64,000 nt of DNA from positions 8,494,001 to 8,558,000 of the forward strand of contig OZ024751.1 of NCBI GenBank assembly GCA_964016885.1. Direction: 5' to 3'. The notes below the pieces were generated by a model that worked only from the letters and a program-made list of their open reading frames with translations, was not told the origin of the DNA and ran no database searches. The position numbers and the translations under genes were made by a program. The stretch comes from Eledone cirrhosa. Lineage: Eukaryota. Of the stretch, positions 12,429-26,167 are shown piece after piece; the first letter of the stretch is position 1, and every line of letters begins with the position of its first letter.

Positions 12429-13925
12429 GAAGGGGTATATAATTTGTTAGAAGTCCGACAAATATAAATGTTTATAACTGATTTAGAACACTCATCAAGT
12501 TACTTTTCGTCGCTGGAATAACCACAATCGCTCATTCCGAAGATTTGATGAAAACATCTTCAACTTTTCTTTCAAACCTTATATGCAACTTAAAATGCAA
12601 GACTATTCATTAGCTTGGAAAACGGTTTCAAGAGCACCCGCGTAACGAAACACAGCTTTATCTAGATTCAGCAAATTGTGTATTGAGGAAATATTTTACA
12701 TACTTAAATATAAAAACTCTATTAATCTAAGAACGAATTTATTTAATTCTTATATACATCGCCAGAATTCAACATTCAGGACTATATATAACTTATAATT
12801 ATACTTATAATATTTCTACGTATTTCCATAACAATCCCATCCACTTGGTTTTAATATATTGATATCTCTAAATCATAATATCTATAACATTTGCTGTAAT
12901 TCCTCTTCTTAAGGTTTCCTAAGATATGTACGTATATAATTCTAATTATTTTTTAATTTTAATTTTAATTTTAATTTTAATTTTAATTTTAATTTTAATT
13001 TTAATATCATTTTATTTCTTTATTTTTATTTCTTTAATTTTTATTTCTTTAAAATTTACTTATCTCTTATAAATTATTTTCAAAAAATTGTTCTCAAATT
13101 TTTCAATATTTTTTCAATACTTTTTCAATATTTTTTCAATACTTTATCAATACTTTTTCAATATTTTTAAACAGATTTATAACCACTAACTGATTCTGGC
13201 TAAATGTATTTTTCAACATCTATACTTATTTTGGCTAAATAGTCTCACACTAACGATTAAATAAGTTAAACCGGAGTTTTTTTCCGTATATTCCCATTTT
13301 AAATCAGTTAATTTAATTTAATTTAATATTTATTTACATTAAATACAAAACAAATATCCCTCATAACTCATTAGAACAATTATCTATAACATGATATACC
13401 CATCTATTTATTTATTTATTCATGTATCTATTTATTTATTTATCTAATTATAACAGAAGAAAAATACTATATTATAAACAAATTTTAAACAACTAATAAT
13501 CGTAAATACACGTACTATTAAGATATATGGTTAGAATATATTTCCCTCAAATTAACGTTATATGTGTTTTTGTTCATCTTCTCTTGTTTCTTTCTTCTAT
13601 CTCTCTCTCTCGCACTATTTTATCCTTCTCCTCTTATCTCTTCTCTCTCTCTCAATAGTCGTTTAAATAAACGGTTGTTTTTCAATTATTTACATATTCA
13701 TTTGCATGTTCACACATAAATTTGAAAAATGCCTAATATATTTCCACTATCCACTGAATATCCAACCGATAAGGTATGATTTTTATGGGTATGTCTCTAT
13801 TAATAAAATAAACTTTGTATGTTATCTGATAAAAGCGTACCAATGTTGTCTTGGTACCCTTGAAATATATATAATAAAATAAATATGGTTTTATAAATAT
13901 AGTTTCCATTTATTTAATATCATTG
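12425..13925 (+). mobile_element. 3' remnant of a Naiad-like PLE (decayed GIY-YIG, 3' UTR, family F terminal repeat with HHR at 13818-13881)
   Basis: RWNNHNRSF...LCIEEIFYILKYKNSINLRTNLF matches the 559-747 protein. HHR core is CTGATAA (G8A). Flanked by (TA)n. Confidence 0.8.
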
Positions 13926-13955
13926 TATATATATAAATATATATATATATATAAT

Positions 13956-14280
13956 GCTGTATGGCAGGCAATACGGTGCCTCTACGACTCCCCCAGGAGT
14001 TACGGGACTATATCATACAATGTATGCACACATATCCACACATATATGTATTTATACATACATATATATAAATATATATATATACATATATGTATGTATG
14101 TATTTATAAATACATATGTGTATGGGTATGTATATAGTCCCTGGATGATATAGTCCCGTAACTCCTGGGGGAGTCGTAGAGGCACCGTATTGCCTGCCAT
14201 ACAGCCTTTCTTGGGCATTTGAAGTCTGGCGGAGCCCATCCCTCTCCAGGCCCAAATACAGCAGATTTCTCCCAGAGAAA
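13956..14280. repeat. Perfect 61-bp inverted repeat (13956-14016 / 14145-14205), probably a LINE (RTE-like) 3' end
   Basis: Exact reverse complements around a TA/TG-rich spacer; the right arm continues as coding-like sequence on the minus strand. Confidence 0.7.
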
Positions 14281-14334
14281 GACACAATGTTAGAGAGAAG
14301 AAACTGTGTAAGAGATATAGAAGAAGAATCGATT

Positions 14335-14485
14335 CCAGTACTAAACTTGTACTTTTTATATCGACCTCGAAAAGATGAAGGTCAAAGTTGACATCGGTGG
14401 GATTTGAACTCCGAGAGCAGAGAGCTAGAACGAACACAATAAAACATGCTATCTAACATCCTAATCACTCTACCCATTCACCGAA
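14335..14485 (-). mobile_element. tRNA-derived SINE family 2, degenerate
   Basis: Homologous to 55626-55821 (GAGTTCAAATCCC..GACCTTCATC..GGTCGATA). Confidence 0.7.
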
Positions 14486-14494
14486 AGTATATGT

Positions 14495-14728
14495 ATAGCT
14501 CGACTAAAAAGTTCATTTGTTGACCAAGATACTCTCATGGAATATGACCAAATGTGGTTTAATTTTTAGCATACTCCCTCTTACGGTTTGTGCACTTCTT
14601 CCACCGGTGTTGCAGTGCATGGATCCCATCATCCACACTACGATACTGGTTCCCAAACAAGTTGCTTTTCATGATGAGGAACAGATGATATTCAGAGGGT
14701 GCCACTTTAGAAGAATAGGGGAGGGGGG
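14495..14728 (-). mobile_element. mariner transposase C-terminal remnant with right end
   Basis: Minus strand PYSSKVAPSEYHLF..MKSNLFGNQYRSVDD-GIHALQHRWKKC..RKREY, a degenerate YSPDLAPSDYHLF...RWxKC motif. Confidence 0.8.
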
Positions 14729-14729
14729 T

Positions 14730-15259
14730 TAACGTCTATTTGTTAAAACACGCGTCCTCAAATATGATTTGCTAATTTTGTTGTGAAAATCTCTCTCTCT
14801 CTGAATTCTAGAGGTACGGTTAAATTTGTTCCTTGAAACCTTTGGTAGAGCTTTTGTTCCGTGTATGAGCACAAATAAATAATATAATGTATATAGTGTT
14901 ACGAAGACGATTGTGGATTCAACCACCAGCTTCAAATAGTATCACTTGAATTAGAAACACTGTTCACTAGATATACAAATGATATCATGGAAAAAAGAAC
15001 AAGAACAATGGATCACGTGATTTAGTTGAAGCCGCACAGGATTTGATGTGAGATTGACAGCGAGAGCAGTCGGTGTGGTGGTAAAACCAGTCGGCGCGAA
15101 CCCAAACAGCGAAGGACAATATTACACAAGAGATCCATCCAGGTACATCTATTTCTTCAGTTCTAAGCAATTTGGCTAAGTGCTCAGGCTTTCAGTTTCC
15201 CAGCTGCTGACTTTCGGCTGTTGGCGCCGTGTTGTAGTCGGAAACCGCATTTTGCAACA

Positions 15260-15319
<60 letters not shown>

Positions 15320-15790
15320 ACAAAATGCGGTTTCGGACTATAAAAATATATATATAATTCTCTGTGTGTGTGTACAAAGTGATGTATATTTTTAATACAT
15401 TCCACATTTGTAATGTTAAGACAATATAATGTGCATAAATCGAAATATAGTTGGAGATATGAGATTTTATTTCTATTTTGTTTCCTAAACTTGTGAGCAG
15501 GGATAGGGGGTATTAAGTAAACCTAATTTTATAAATTCTGCACAAAGATCGATTCTATTTTCCTGTCGAACAGCACTACCATTGGGTTTCATGATCGTTA
15601 AGTATTAGGGGGGCAGAAACGTGAGCAATTCTGCTCGACAAATATATTTCTGATGTCTAAACAATATACATGCAATAGGTCACGCATTCCTATTTTAGGA
15701 GCGTGAATACTGACATGAAAACACGACACAAAAACACGTATTTACATGGGAATATATTCTTCAATTTCGACTTCGACAATTAATCCAAAC
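14730..15790 (-). pseudogene. Putative DEG/ENaC (ASIC-like) channel remnant with short introns
   Basis: Removing the 36-nt GT-AG segment 15710-15745 gives FGLIVEVEIEEYIPIIHAPKIGMRDLLH. A 38-nt segment 15485-15522 precedes a YFDLCTLYCL-x6-C remnant. ILFEAGG plus a hydrophobic stretch lies near 14860-14945. Frameshifted and interrupted. Confidence 0.45.
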
Positions 15791-16097
15791 GTTCATCTCT
15801 CTTTCTCTCTCACACACACAGACAGACACTTTATCTACACATATATACACAGAATATCACACACACGGACACTAGCACGGAAACACACGTATAAGGTGAG
15901 ATAGAGAGGGGGGGGAGATAGACAGACAGTCATGCATAAACTCTTATATATATATATATGAGAGAGAGGAGTGAGTGGCGTGGCGCAAATTGTATATATA
16001 TGTATGTATAAGTATATGTATGTCTCTATCTCTCTGTCTCATTCTATGTGTGTGCGTATATATATATATGAATACATATAGATATATAAGTATTCAT

Positions 16098-16140
<43 letters not shown>

Positions 16141-16676
16141 CAAACACACACACACACACACACTATTAGATTACCTTATTATTACGCATGGCAGCAACTA
16201 CTTTTGCGATTGTATATTATATAAATCGTCTAAAATAAATATAATCTGAATTGCAAAAGGAAAATATTTGGCTTGCGATATTCTTCTATCTCTGTGCTAT
16301 TCCCACATTTCTCTAGAGAGTAGCAACTATTACATGATATTCCACATTATGCTCTGATGTTATTCTAGTCATTTTAGAATTTCTATTTCTGTTAAGACAA
16401 AGTGTTGTTGAAATCTGATTTGCACACAAGTCAAATTATACGCGTATTACGAGGGAGCCTGTAATCTTTATGGTTGTTTTTTATCATGTATTTATGGTCA
16501 TATCTTCCGAAGGAGTGTATTTGTAAAACATATATTTATATACGTGCCGAGTTGACAAGCAATTGAACACACAAATATACATACACATACATACACTCTT
16601 ACAGGAATACAAAAACAACTATACATTCGCATGCATAGACACAACACAAACATAAATAAATATATATATATATTTT

Positions 16677-17015
<339 letters not shown>

Positions 17016-17135
17016 GCCGTATGGCATAAATTCAGGCTGTTCGGTTTGTTGACAAACAAACGAACAAAGCGGCGTGTTGTAATAAACGTCCGCTAAACTG
17101 ATGCGTGCATATATGTATGTGTACCTGTATGTATG

Positions 17136-17188
<53 letters not shown>

Positions 17189-17354
17189 GTATATATATGC
17201 ATGCTACTGTACGTCTGTATACATATATGTATGTACGTATACATACATACTTACATTTAAGTAAGTGCCATACTAAGAGTGAGAAATGAAATTTCGTTTT
17301 CATTTTTTTCAACTTATCGTTTTCGGTATGCCTGACCGATTTAACTCACTCAAT

Positions 17355-17403
17355 ATGCAAATTAGGCTGCTCAGCCGTTAATTTTCATAAGGAAAGTATA
17401 TAC
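17355..17403 (+). promoter_or_regulatory. Candidate snRNA-type promoter cassette (octamer ATGCAAAT, PSE-like TCAGCCGTTAATTTTCATAAG, TATA-like GTATATA), one per unit
   Basis: The octamer is exact and conserved in subfamilies A, B and C upstream of the HHR. The PSE and TATA assignments are inference. Confidence 0.5.
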
Positions 17404-17435
17404 TTTCGAACGTTCAACTATCTGGCAGATGGGTA

Positions 17436-17480
17436 AACGGTGCTGATGATAGCTAACAAGCTTGAAACTAGTACATCGTT
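17436..17480 (+). ncRNA. Minimal type-I hammerhead ribozyme (subfamily A representative)
   Basis: AACGGTG-CTGATGA-T AGCT aaca AGCT T-GAA-ACTAGT-A-CATCGTT; palindromic stem III; predicted cleavage after GUA (17473). Confidence 0.9.
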
Positions 17481-17649
17481 CCTGTGTCAGTGTTGAACAA
17501 AAAGGTGACGTGGTTGCCTTAACACCGTATGGTATAATTTCAGGCTGTTCGGTTTGTTGACAAACAAACGAACAAAGCGGCGTTGTAATAAACGTCCGCT
17601 AAACTGATGCGTGCATGTATGCATGTGTACCTGTATGTATGTATGTATA

Positions 17650-17705
<56 letters not shown>

Positions 17706-18156
17706 CATGCTACTGTACGTCTGTATACATATATGTATGTACGTATACATACATACTTACATTTAAGTAAGTGCCATACTAAGAGTGAGAAATGAAATTT
17801 CGTTTTCATTTTTTTCAACTTATCGTTTTCGGTATGCCTGACCGATTTAACTCACTCAATATGCAAATTAGGCTGCTCAGCCGTTAATTTTCATAAGGAA
17901 AGTATATACTTTCGAACGTTCAACTATCTGGCAGATGGGTAAACGGTGCTGATGATAGCTAACAAGCTTGAAACTAGTACATCGTTCCTGTGTCAGTGTT
18001 GAACAAAAAAGTGACGTGGTTGCCTTAACACCGTATGGCATAAATTCAGGCTGTTCGGTTTGTTGACAAACAAACGAACAAAGCGGCGTTGTAATAAACG
18101 TCCTCTAAACTGATGCGTGCATATTATGTATGTGTACCTGTATGTATGTATGTATA

Positions 18157-18215
<59 letters not shown>

Positions 18216-18666
18216 GCATGCTACTGTACGTCTGTATACATATATGTATGTACGTATACATACATACTTACATTTAAGTAAGTGCCATACTAAGAGTGAG
18301 AAATGAAATTTCGTTTTCATTTTTTTCAACTTATCGTTTTCGGTATGCCTGACCGATTTAACTCACTCAATATGCAAATTAGGCTGCTCAGCCGTTAATT
18401 TTCATAAGGAAAGTATATACTTTCGAACGTTCAACTATCTGGCAGATGGGTAAACGGTGCTGATGATAGCTAACAAGCTTGAAACTAGTACATCGTTCCT
18501 GTGTCAGTGTTGAACAAAAAGGTGACGTGGTTGCCTTAACACCGTATGGCATAAATTCAGGCTGTTCGGTTTGTTGACAAACAAACGAACAAAGCGGCGT
18601 TGTAATAAACGTCCGCTAAACTGATGCGTGCATATATGTATGTGTACCTGTATGTATGTATGTATA

Positions 18667-18745
<79 letters not shown>

Positions 18746-19214
18746 GCATGCTACTGTACGTCTGTATACATATATGTATGTACGTATACATACATACTTA
18801 CATTTAAGTAAGTGCCATACTAAGAGTGAGAAATGAAATTTCGTTTTCATTTTTTTCAACTTATCGTTTTCGGTATGCCTGACCGATTTAACTCACTCAA
18901 TATGCAAATTAGGCTGCTCAGCCGTTAATTTTCATAATGAAAGTATATACTTTCGCAAGTTCAACTATCTGGCAGATGGGTAAACGGTGCTGATGATAGC
19001 TAACAAGCTTGAAACTAGTACATCGTTCCTGTGTCAGTGTTGAACAAAAAGGTGACGTGGTTGCCTTAACACCGTATGGCATAAATTCAGGCTGTTCGGT
19101 TTGTTGACAAACAAACGAACAAAGCGGCGTTGTAATAAACGTCCGCTAAACTGATGCGTGCATATATGTATGTGTACCTGTATGTATGTATGTATATATA
19201 TGTATGTATGTATA

Positions 19215-19273
<59 letters not shown>

Positions 19274-19678
19274 GCATGCTACTGTACGTCTGTATACCTA
19301 TATGTATGTACGTATACATACATACTTACATTTAAGTAAGTGCCAAACTAAGAGTGAGAAATGAAATTTCGTTTTCATTTTTTTCAACTTATATATATAT
19401 ATATATATATATATTTATGAATACATATAATTAGGTGTCTGTGTTTGTATGTTTATAAGTGTGTTTATGTACAAGAACCTGTTGATTTACACAATTACCT
19501 TTTCCGGACGTTCTCAGTGAGTATAAAATATTAATTATATTTTACCAGGCACAATCTATATACAAGTTAAAAGTAAGGATGATTTTTATTGTCTAACCGT
19601 TAGACTCTAACGTAACGTTTCATAATGTATGAGGATAGTCTGGGGCTTGTTGAACAAATTGCCTGTTATATATATATA

Positions 19679-19981
19679 TATTGAAAAGATAACAAGGACG
19701 ATTGGTTACTCCTTCATTACATTTATTGGTAGGTGACGCACGTTTCGCCACTGCTCAGCTCAAGGTTCGATCGTATTGACCAACATATGAACTTCTGACT
19801 TTATCATATAGCATGTATTCATTTTCTACTAGCATTTTAAAGAATCCGTCGAGCTGCCGATTATAGAGTCCGGTACGATCGATACAGATCGAACCTTGAA
19901 CTGATCAGTGCCGAAACGCGCGTCATCTACCAATAAATGTAATGAAGGAGTTACCAATCGTCCTTGTTATCTTTTCAATAA
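19679..19981. repeat. Inverted repeat (~19679-19770 / 19887-19981) carrying the 3' half of a hammerhead
   Basis: ~92-bp arms with GAA-ACGCGCGT-C (palindromic stem III, GUC); the CUGANGA half was not found. Confidence 0.7.
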
Positions 19982-20076
19982 AATACACTCTGTATAGCTC
20001 TAAACCACATCACAGAAGTGAACCTAAACATCCAGTGCTGTCCCGGGTGAACCTGCAGTAACTCCAAGTTACACTC

Positions 20077-20117
<41 letters not shown>

Positions 20118-20507
20118 CATAAAAACAGTCTTGGCGCAAAATCAACTTTTTACATTCACATGACCTCTACCGACCAATCAAAATTGTTTTGACCACAAGC
20201 ATTTTTGCAACACAAAAATAACGCTGGAGCCACTTTTTTAACATAAAAACAGGTAGAATTCCCAAAACTAATCAGATCAGAGCAAACAGCACGGACAATC
20301 TATCTCAAAATTATTTTTGAAAAGCATTTAGAAATGCGCAACCGGTAAAAACTTAAAAACTTAAAACCACAACTGAATACTAACCCATACAATCACTAAT
20401 ACTCTTTTATTCCTAATTAAACCATTTTTCAACTGTGAACAATTTGTTAGCATTTTCTATTCCGTTTACCAATATATAATAACTTGTGTGTTACACCTCT
20501 ATTCTTT

Positions 20508-20548
<41 letters not shown>

Positions 20549-20560
20549 TTAATATAGATG

Positions 20561-20611
20561 AGATTCTACAGGACTAGAACTGTTTCATTCATTAGAAATC
20601 ATCAGGAATCT
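20561..20611 (-). ncRNA. Type-I hammerhead (family D)
   Basis: AGATTC-CTGATGA-T TTC taat GAA T-GAA-ACAG ttctagtc CTGT-A-GAATCT; copies at 24201-24251 and 56056-56106. Confidence 0.88.
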
Positions 20612-21479
20612 GGGTATCAACAAATAAAAATGGTATTTATAGGTCTCTACAAGTGGTAGGAGAGGGTGAGGAGTGGGATGGGTGCAGGTCATTGGTTGAT
20701 AGAAAAGGGAATTCATTAAAAGCTAATTCTACAAAGCTATAGTTTATTTTTATTTTTATTTATTTATGTTTTTAGAGTAACAAGGGCAGACAGAATTCTA
20801 TAAACAGGTTCCGGATGGCATACCATTCCTTGTCATTAAGTTTCTCTTAATCTAACAGATGGGGCTCTATGTAATTGTCTAAATAAGGAAGCATGCCCAC
20901 TTGAAAACAAATGCCTCACAAATGACATCGTATACAAATGCGATGTCATCTCAGGCACCGAGGATTGCAAAAAAACTTACATCGGCATGACCTCCAACAA
21001 CTTTAAGACCCGTTGGTATGCCCATACGCACTCCTTCAGGAGACCGGATAAATCAAATCAGACAACACTCGCCTCCTACGTTTGGGACCTCAAAAGGAAC
21101 TCCACCCCCTTCACGCTTAAATGGAAAATACTCCAGAAAGCGCGCTCTTACAACGGAGGACACAAGGTCTGCGACCTTTGTATTTCAGAGAGCTACGAAA
21201 TTTTATTCGCCAAGGGCCCGCTACTGAACAAACTCTCTGAAAACTGCCCGAACTGCATGCACAAGAACTTTGCAACTTTCAAACACTTTAAGCCAGTGTT
21301 AAAGCCCGATGGCTAAAAACGATCTCCCCCTATTGGCCCCTATACCTCCTCCCCACCCTACCCCTACCCCTCCTCAACCTGAAATACGGCCACTATGGTT
21401 ATGTGAGTACCTCTTTCGTATCTACATTTTCTGCCTGTAGAGGTGTCTTTATGTGCCTGCGTATATACGTATATTTATT

Positions 21480-21765
21480 GAGTACCTATTTATTTATATG
21501 TATATATTTGTTTGTATGTGTGTATATGTATGTGTGTGCGTGTATATATATATATATATATATGTTTGTGTGTATATGTGTTTTATGTGTGTATATTTAT
21601 GTATGTATATGCATGTATATATGTGTATATATATGTGTATATATATATATATGTGTATATATGTGTATGTATGTATGTATGTATGTATGTATGTATGTAT
21701 GTATGTATGTGTATGTATGTATGTATGCTTATGTATATATGTGTATGTACATGTATGTGTATGTG

Positions 21766-21808
<43 letters not shown>

Positions 21809-21890
21809 GTGTGTGTGTGTGTATGTGTGTATGTGTGTGCGGGTGTGTGTGTGTATATATATATATATGTATGTGTGTGTGTATCTGTAT

Positions 21891-21922
<32 letters not shown>

Positions 21923-21980
21923 GTGTATATATGTATATATATATATATGTATGTGTATGTGTATATATGTATTATGTATA

Positions 21981-22011
<31 letters not shown>

Positions 22012-22103
22012 ATATGTGCGTGAGAGAGAGTGTGTATATATATCTGTGTGTGTGTGTGTGTGTGTATGTGTGTATGCGCGTGTGTGTATATATATATATA
22101 TGT

Positions 22104-22139
<36 letters not shown>

Positions 22140-22594
22140 GTGTATATATGCGTTATATGTCTGTATATATATGTGTATATTTATGTATAGGTATGTGTAT
22201 GTATGTGTATGTTTGTATATATATGGATATATATATGTATATATATATATATATATATATAAATATTTATACATATGCATGTGTATGTGTGTGTGTGTGT
22301 GCGTGTGTATATATATGTGAATATATGTGTGTGCGTGTATATATATGTGTGTGTATATGTATGTGTATATATATATATATATATATGTGTGTGTATGTGT
22401 ATATATGTGTGTATGTATGTGTGTATATGTGTATATGTAATATGTATATGTGTGTGTATATATATGTATATATATGTGTGTATATATATATATGTGTATA
22501 TATGTATATATATGTATATGCATACGTGTATATATATGTGTATATATATGTTTATGTATGTGTATGTGTATATGTATGTTTGTATGTGTGTTTG

Positions 22595-22637
<43 letters not shown>

Positions 22638-22782
22638 GTATATATGTGTGTGTGTATGCATGTATATGTGTGTATATTTTTATATATATGTATATATTTA
22701 TGTGTAAATGTATATATATATATGTGTGTGTGTATGTGTGTGTATATGTGTGTGTGTATATATGGGTGTGTGTATGTATGTG

Positions 22783-22815
<33 letters not shown>

Positions 22816-22900
22816 ATATATATATATATGTATATATGTGTATATATATATATATGTATGTATGGTGCTTTTTCCTTATATATGTGTATATATGTGTGTA

Positions 22901-22959
<59 letters not shown>

Positions 22960-23004
22960 ATGTATGTGTGTGTGTGTGTTTGTATGTGTGTGTATATATT
23001 TGTT

Positions 23005-23065
<61 letters not shown>

Positions 23066-23232
23066 ATATATGTATATATGTATATGGTTATATATATATG
23101 AATGTATATATATATATGTATATGTGTATATATATGTGTGTGTGTGTGTTTGTGTGTATGTGTGTGTATATGTATATATGTGTGTGTATGTGGGTTTTTT
23201 TATATATATATATATATATGTGTGTGTATGTA

Positions 23233-23285
<53 letters not shown>

Positions 23286-23324
23286 ATACGTATGTGTGTG
23301 TATATATATGTGTATGTATGTATG

Positions 23325-23365
<41 letters not shown>

Positions 23366-23566
23366 ATTTGTGTCTGTGTATATGTATGTATATATGTCTA
23401 TATGTATTTGTGTGTATATGTATACACATGTATATTTGTGTTTGTATGTATGTGTGTGAGTGTATTTATATGTGTATATATGTGTTTGTGTGTGTGTATG
23501 TATGTGTATGTGTGTGTGTATGTGTATATATATGTGTGTGTGTGTATATATATATATATACTTATA

Positions 23567-23611
<45 letters not shown>

Positions 23612-23700
23612 GTGTGTATGTATGTATATGAATATATTTTTATATATGTGTGTATGTTTTTATGTGTGTATATGTGTTTGTGTGTGTGTTTATGGTTGCA
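21480..23700. repeat. Compound (TA)/(TG)/(TATG) microsatellite
   Basis: Seen directly in the sequence. Confidence 0.95.
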
Positions 23701-24334
23701 CGTAAGTGTGTGAGTGAGTATGTTTTTTTGTTTTTTTGTGAATGTGTCTGTTGATTTTTGGCATATAGTTGATTAGTTTAAGAGAAGTTCGAAGATAATA
23801 GTAAGATATGCAGTCAGTATTTTGAATCTGTCTGCAGAATTCTCTAGACCTTTGTCACTTAGTAGAACCTTAATGATTTTAGCTTTTAAAGAATCTCCCT
23901 TTTCTTTAATTCTATCGACCATGACTGACCCCCCCACTGATTTTATAGACATCTGTTAGTTTAAGAGAAACTTAATGACAAGGAATTGGTATGCCATCCG
24001 GAACCTGTTTATAGAATTCTGTCTGCCCTTGTTACTCTAAAAAGATAAATAAATAAAAATAAAAATAAACTATAGCTTTGTAGAATTAGCTTTCAATGAA
24101 TTCCCTTTTCTATCAACCAATGACCTGCACCCGTCCAACTCCCCACCCTCTCCTACCACTTGTAGAGACCTATAAATACCATTTTTATTTTTTGATACCC
24201 AGATTCCTGATGATTTCTAATGAATGAAACTGTTTTAGTCCTGTAGAATCTCATCTATATTAAAACTGTTATACTCTGCTATGTATTGAGTACCTTACTT
24301 ACTGTGGTTACCTCCGATTCAACCCGGAATAACG

Positions 24335-24424
<90 letters not shown>

Positions 24425-24425
24425 G

Positions 24426-24456
<31 letters not shown>

Positions 24457-24483
24457 GTATATATATATAAATATATATGTATA

Positions 24484-24562
<79 letters not shown>

Positions 24563-24625
24563 GTATAATTATATATATATATATGTATATATATGTATGT
24601 ATATATATATATATATGTATATATA

Positions 24626-24844
24626 GTGAAGGCGTAAGGCTGAGTGGTTAGAGAATCGAACTCACACTCTTGAGATTGTGAGTTCGATTCCTGGACCGGG
24701 CGATGCGTTATGTCCTTGAGCAAGACACTTTATTTCACGTTGCTCCTTCTACCTGGAGTTGCGACCGATAGATAGTATTAGCAACTGGAAAGACCGACGA
24801 AAACATTGTTTCCTCGGTCCGATTTGACGAAAGTCGATCGATCG
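24626..24844 (+). mobile_element. tRNA-derived SINE family 1, full length
   Basis: A-box-like GGCTGAGTGG, B box GTTCGATTCC, core TGTCCTTGAGCAAGACACTT; inserted in (TA)n. Confidence 0.88.
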
Positions 24845-24937
24845 AAAAATATATATATGTATATATATATATATGTATATATATGTATATATATGTATAT
24901 ATATATGTATATATATATATATATGTATATATATATG

Positions 24938-24971
<34 letters not shown>

Positions 24972-25141
24972 GATATAGATAGGTAAATATACACGGGTGT
25001 GTATGATTGTGTATAGAAGATTATATTAATAAGAGGAATTCCAACTTTGTCTGATTTACTCGTTTTATTTACAATCCTTTAAAATATATAATGGTATTAT
25101 AATGAAATAGTATGATAGAATATTAAATTCTAAGTGTTAAT

Positions 25142-25180
25142 TGAACAAGTACTTTCATGCTTTCGCAATCTTTAGGTTCA
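25142..25180 (-). ncRNA. Minimal hammerhead with G5A core change
   Basis: TGAAC-CTAAAGA-T TGC gaaa GCA T-GAA-AGTACT-T-GTTCA. Confidence 0.65.
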
Positions 25181-25211
25181 TAATATGTGGTGACAGTCGA
25201 GTTTGCAATTT

Positions 25212-26167
<956 letters not shown>

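Larger units (their letters stand above)
20544..24335 (+). mobile_element. 5'-truncated Naiad-like PLE (family D): inverted terminal repeat, GIY-YIG ORF (~20865-21316), microsatellite-filled 3' UTR, terminal repeat
   Basis: CNC..CPLENKCLTNDIVYKC..YIGMTSNNFKTRWYAH..CDLCISE..CMH. 20544-20860 is the reverse complement of 23955-24270. HHRs at 20561-20611 (-) and 24201-24251 (+). Confidence 0.85.

Noticed and set aside
24626-24700. tRNA gene
   Set aside because: The A/B boxes belong to a SINE head; there is no complete cloverleaf or acceptor stem.
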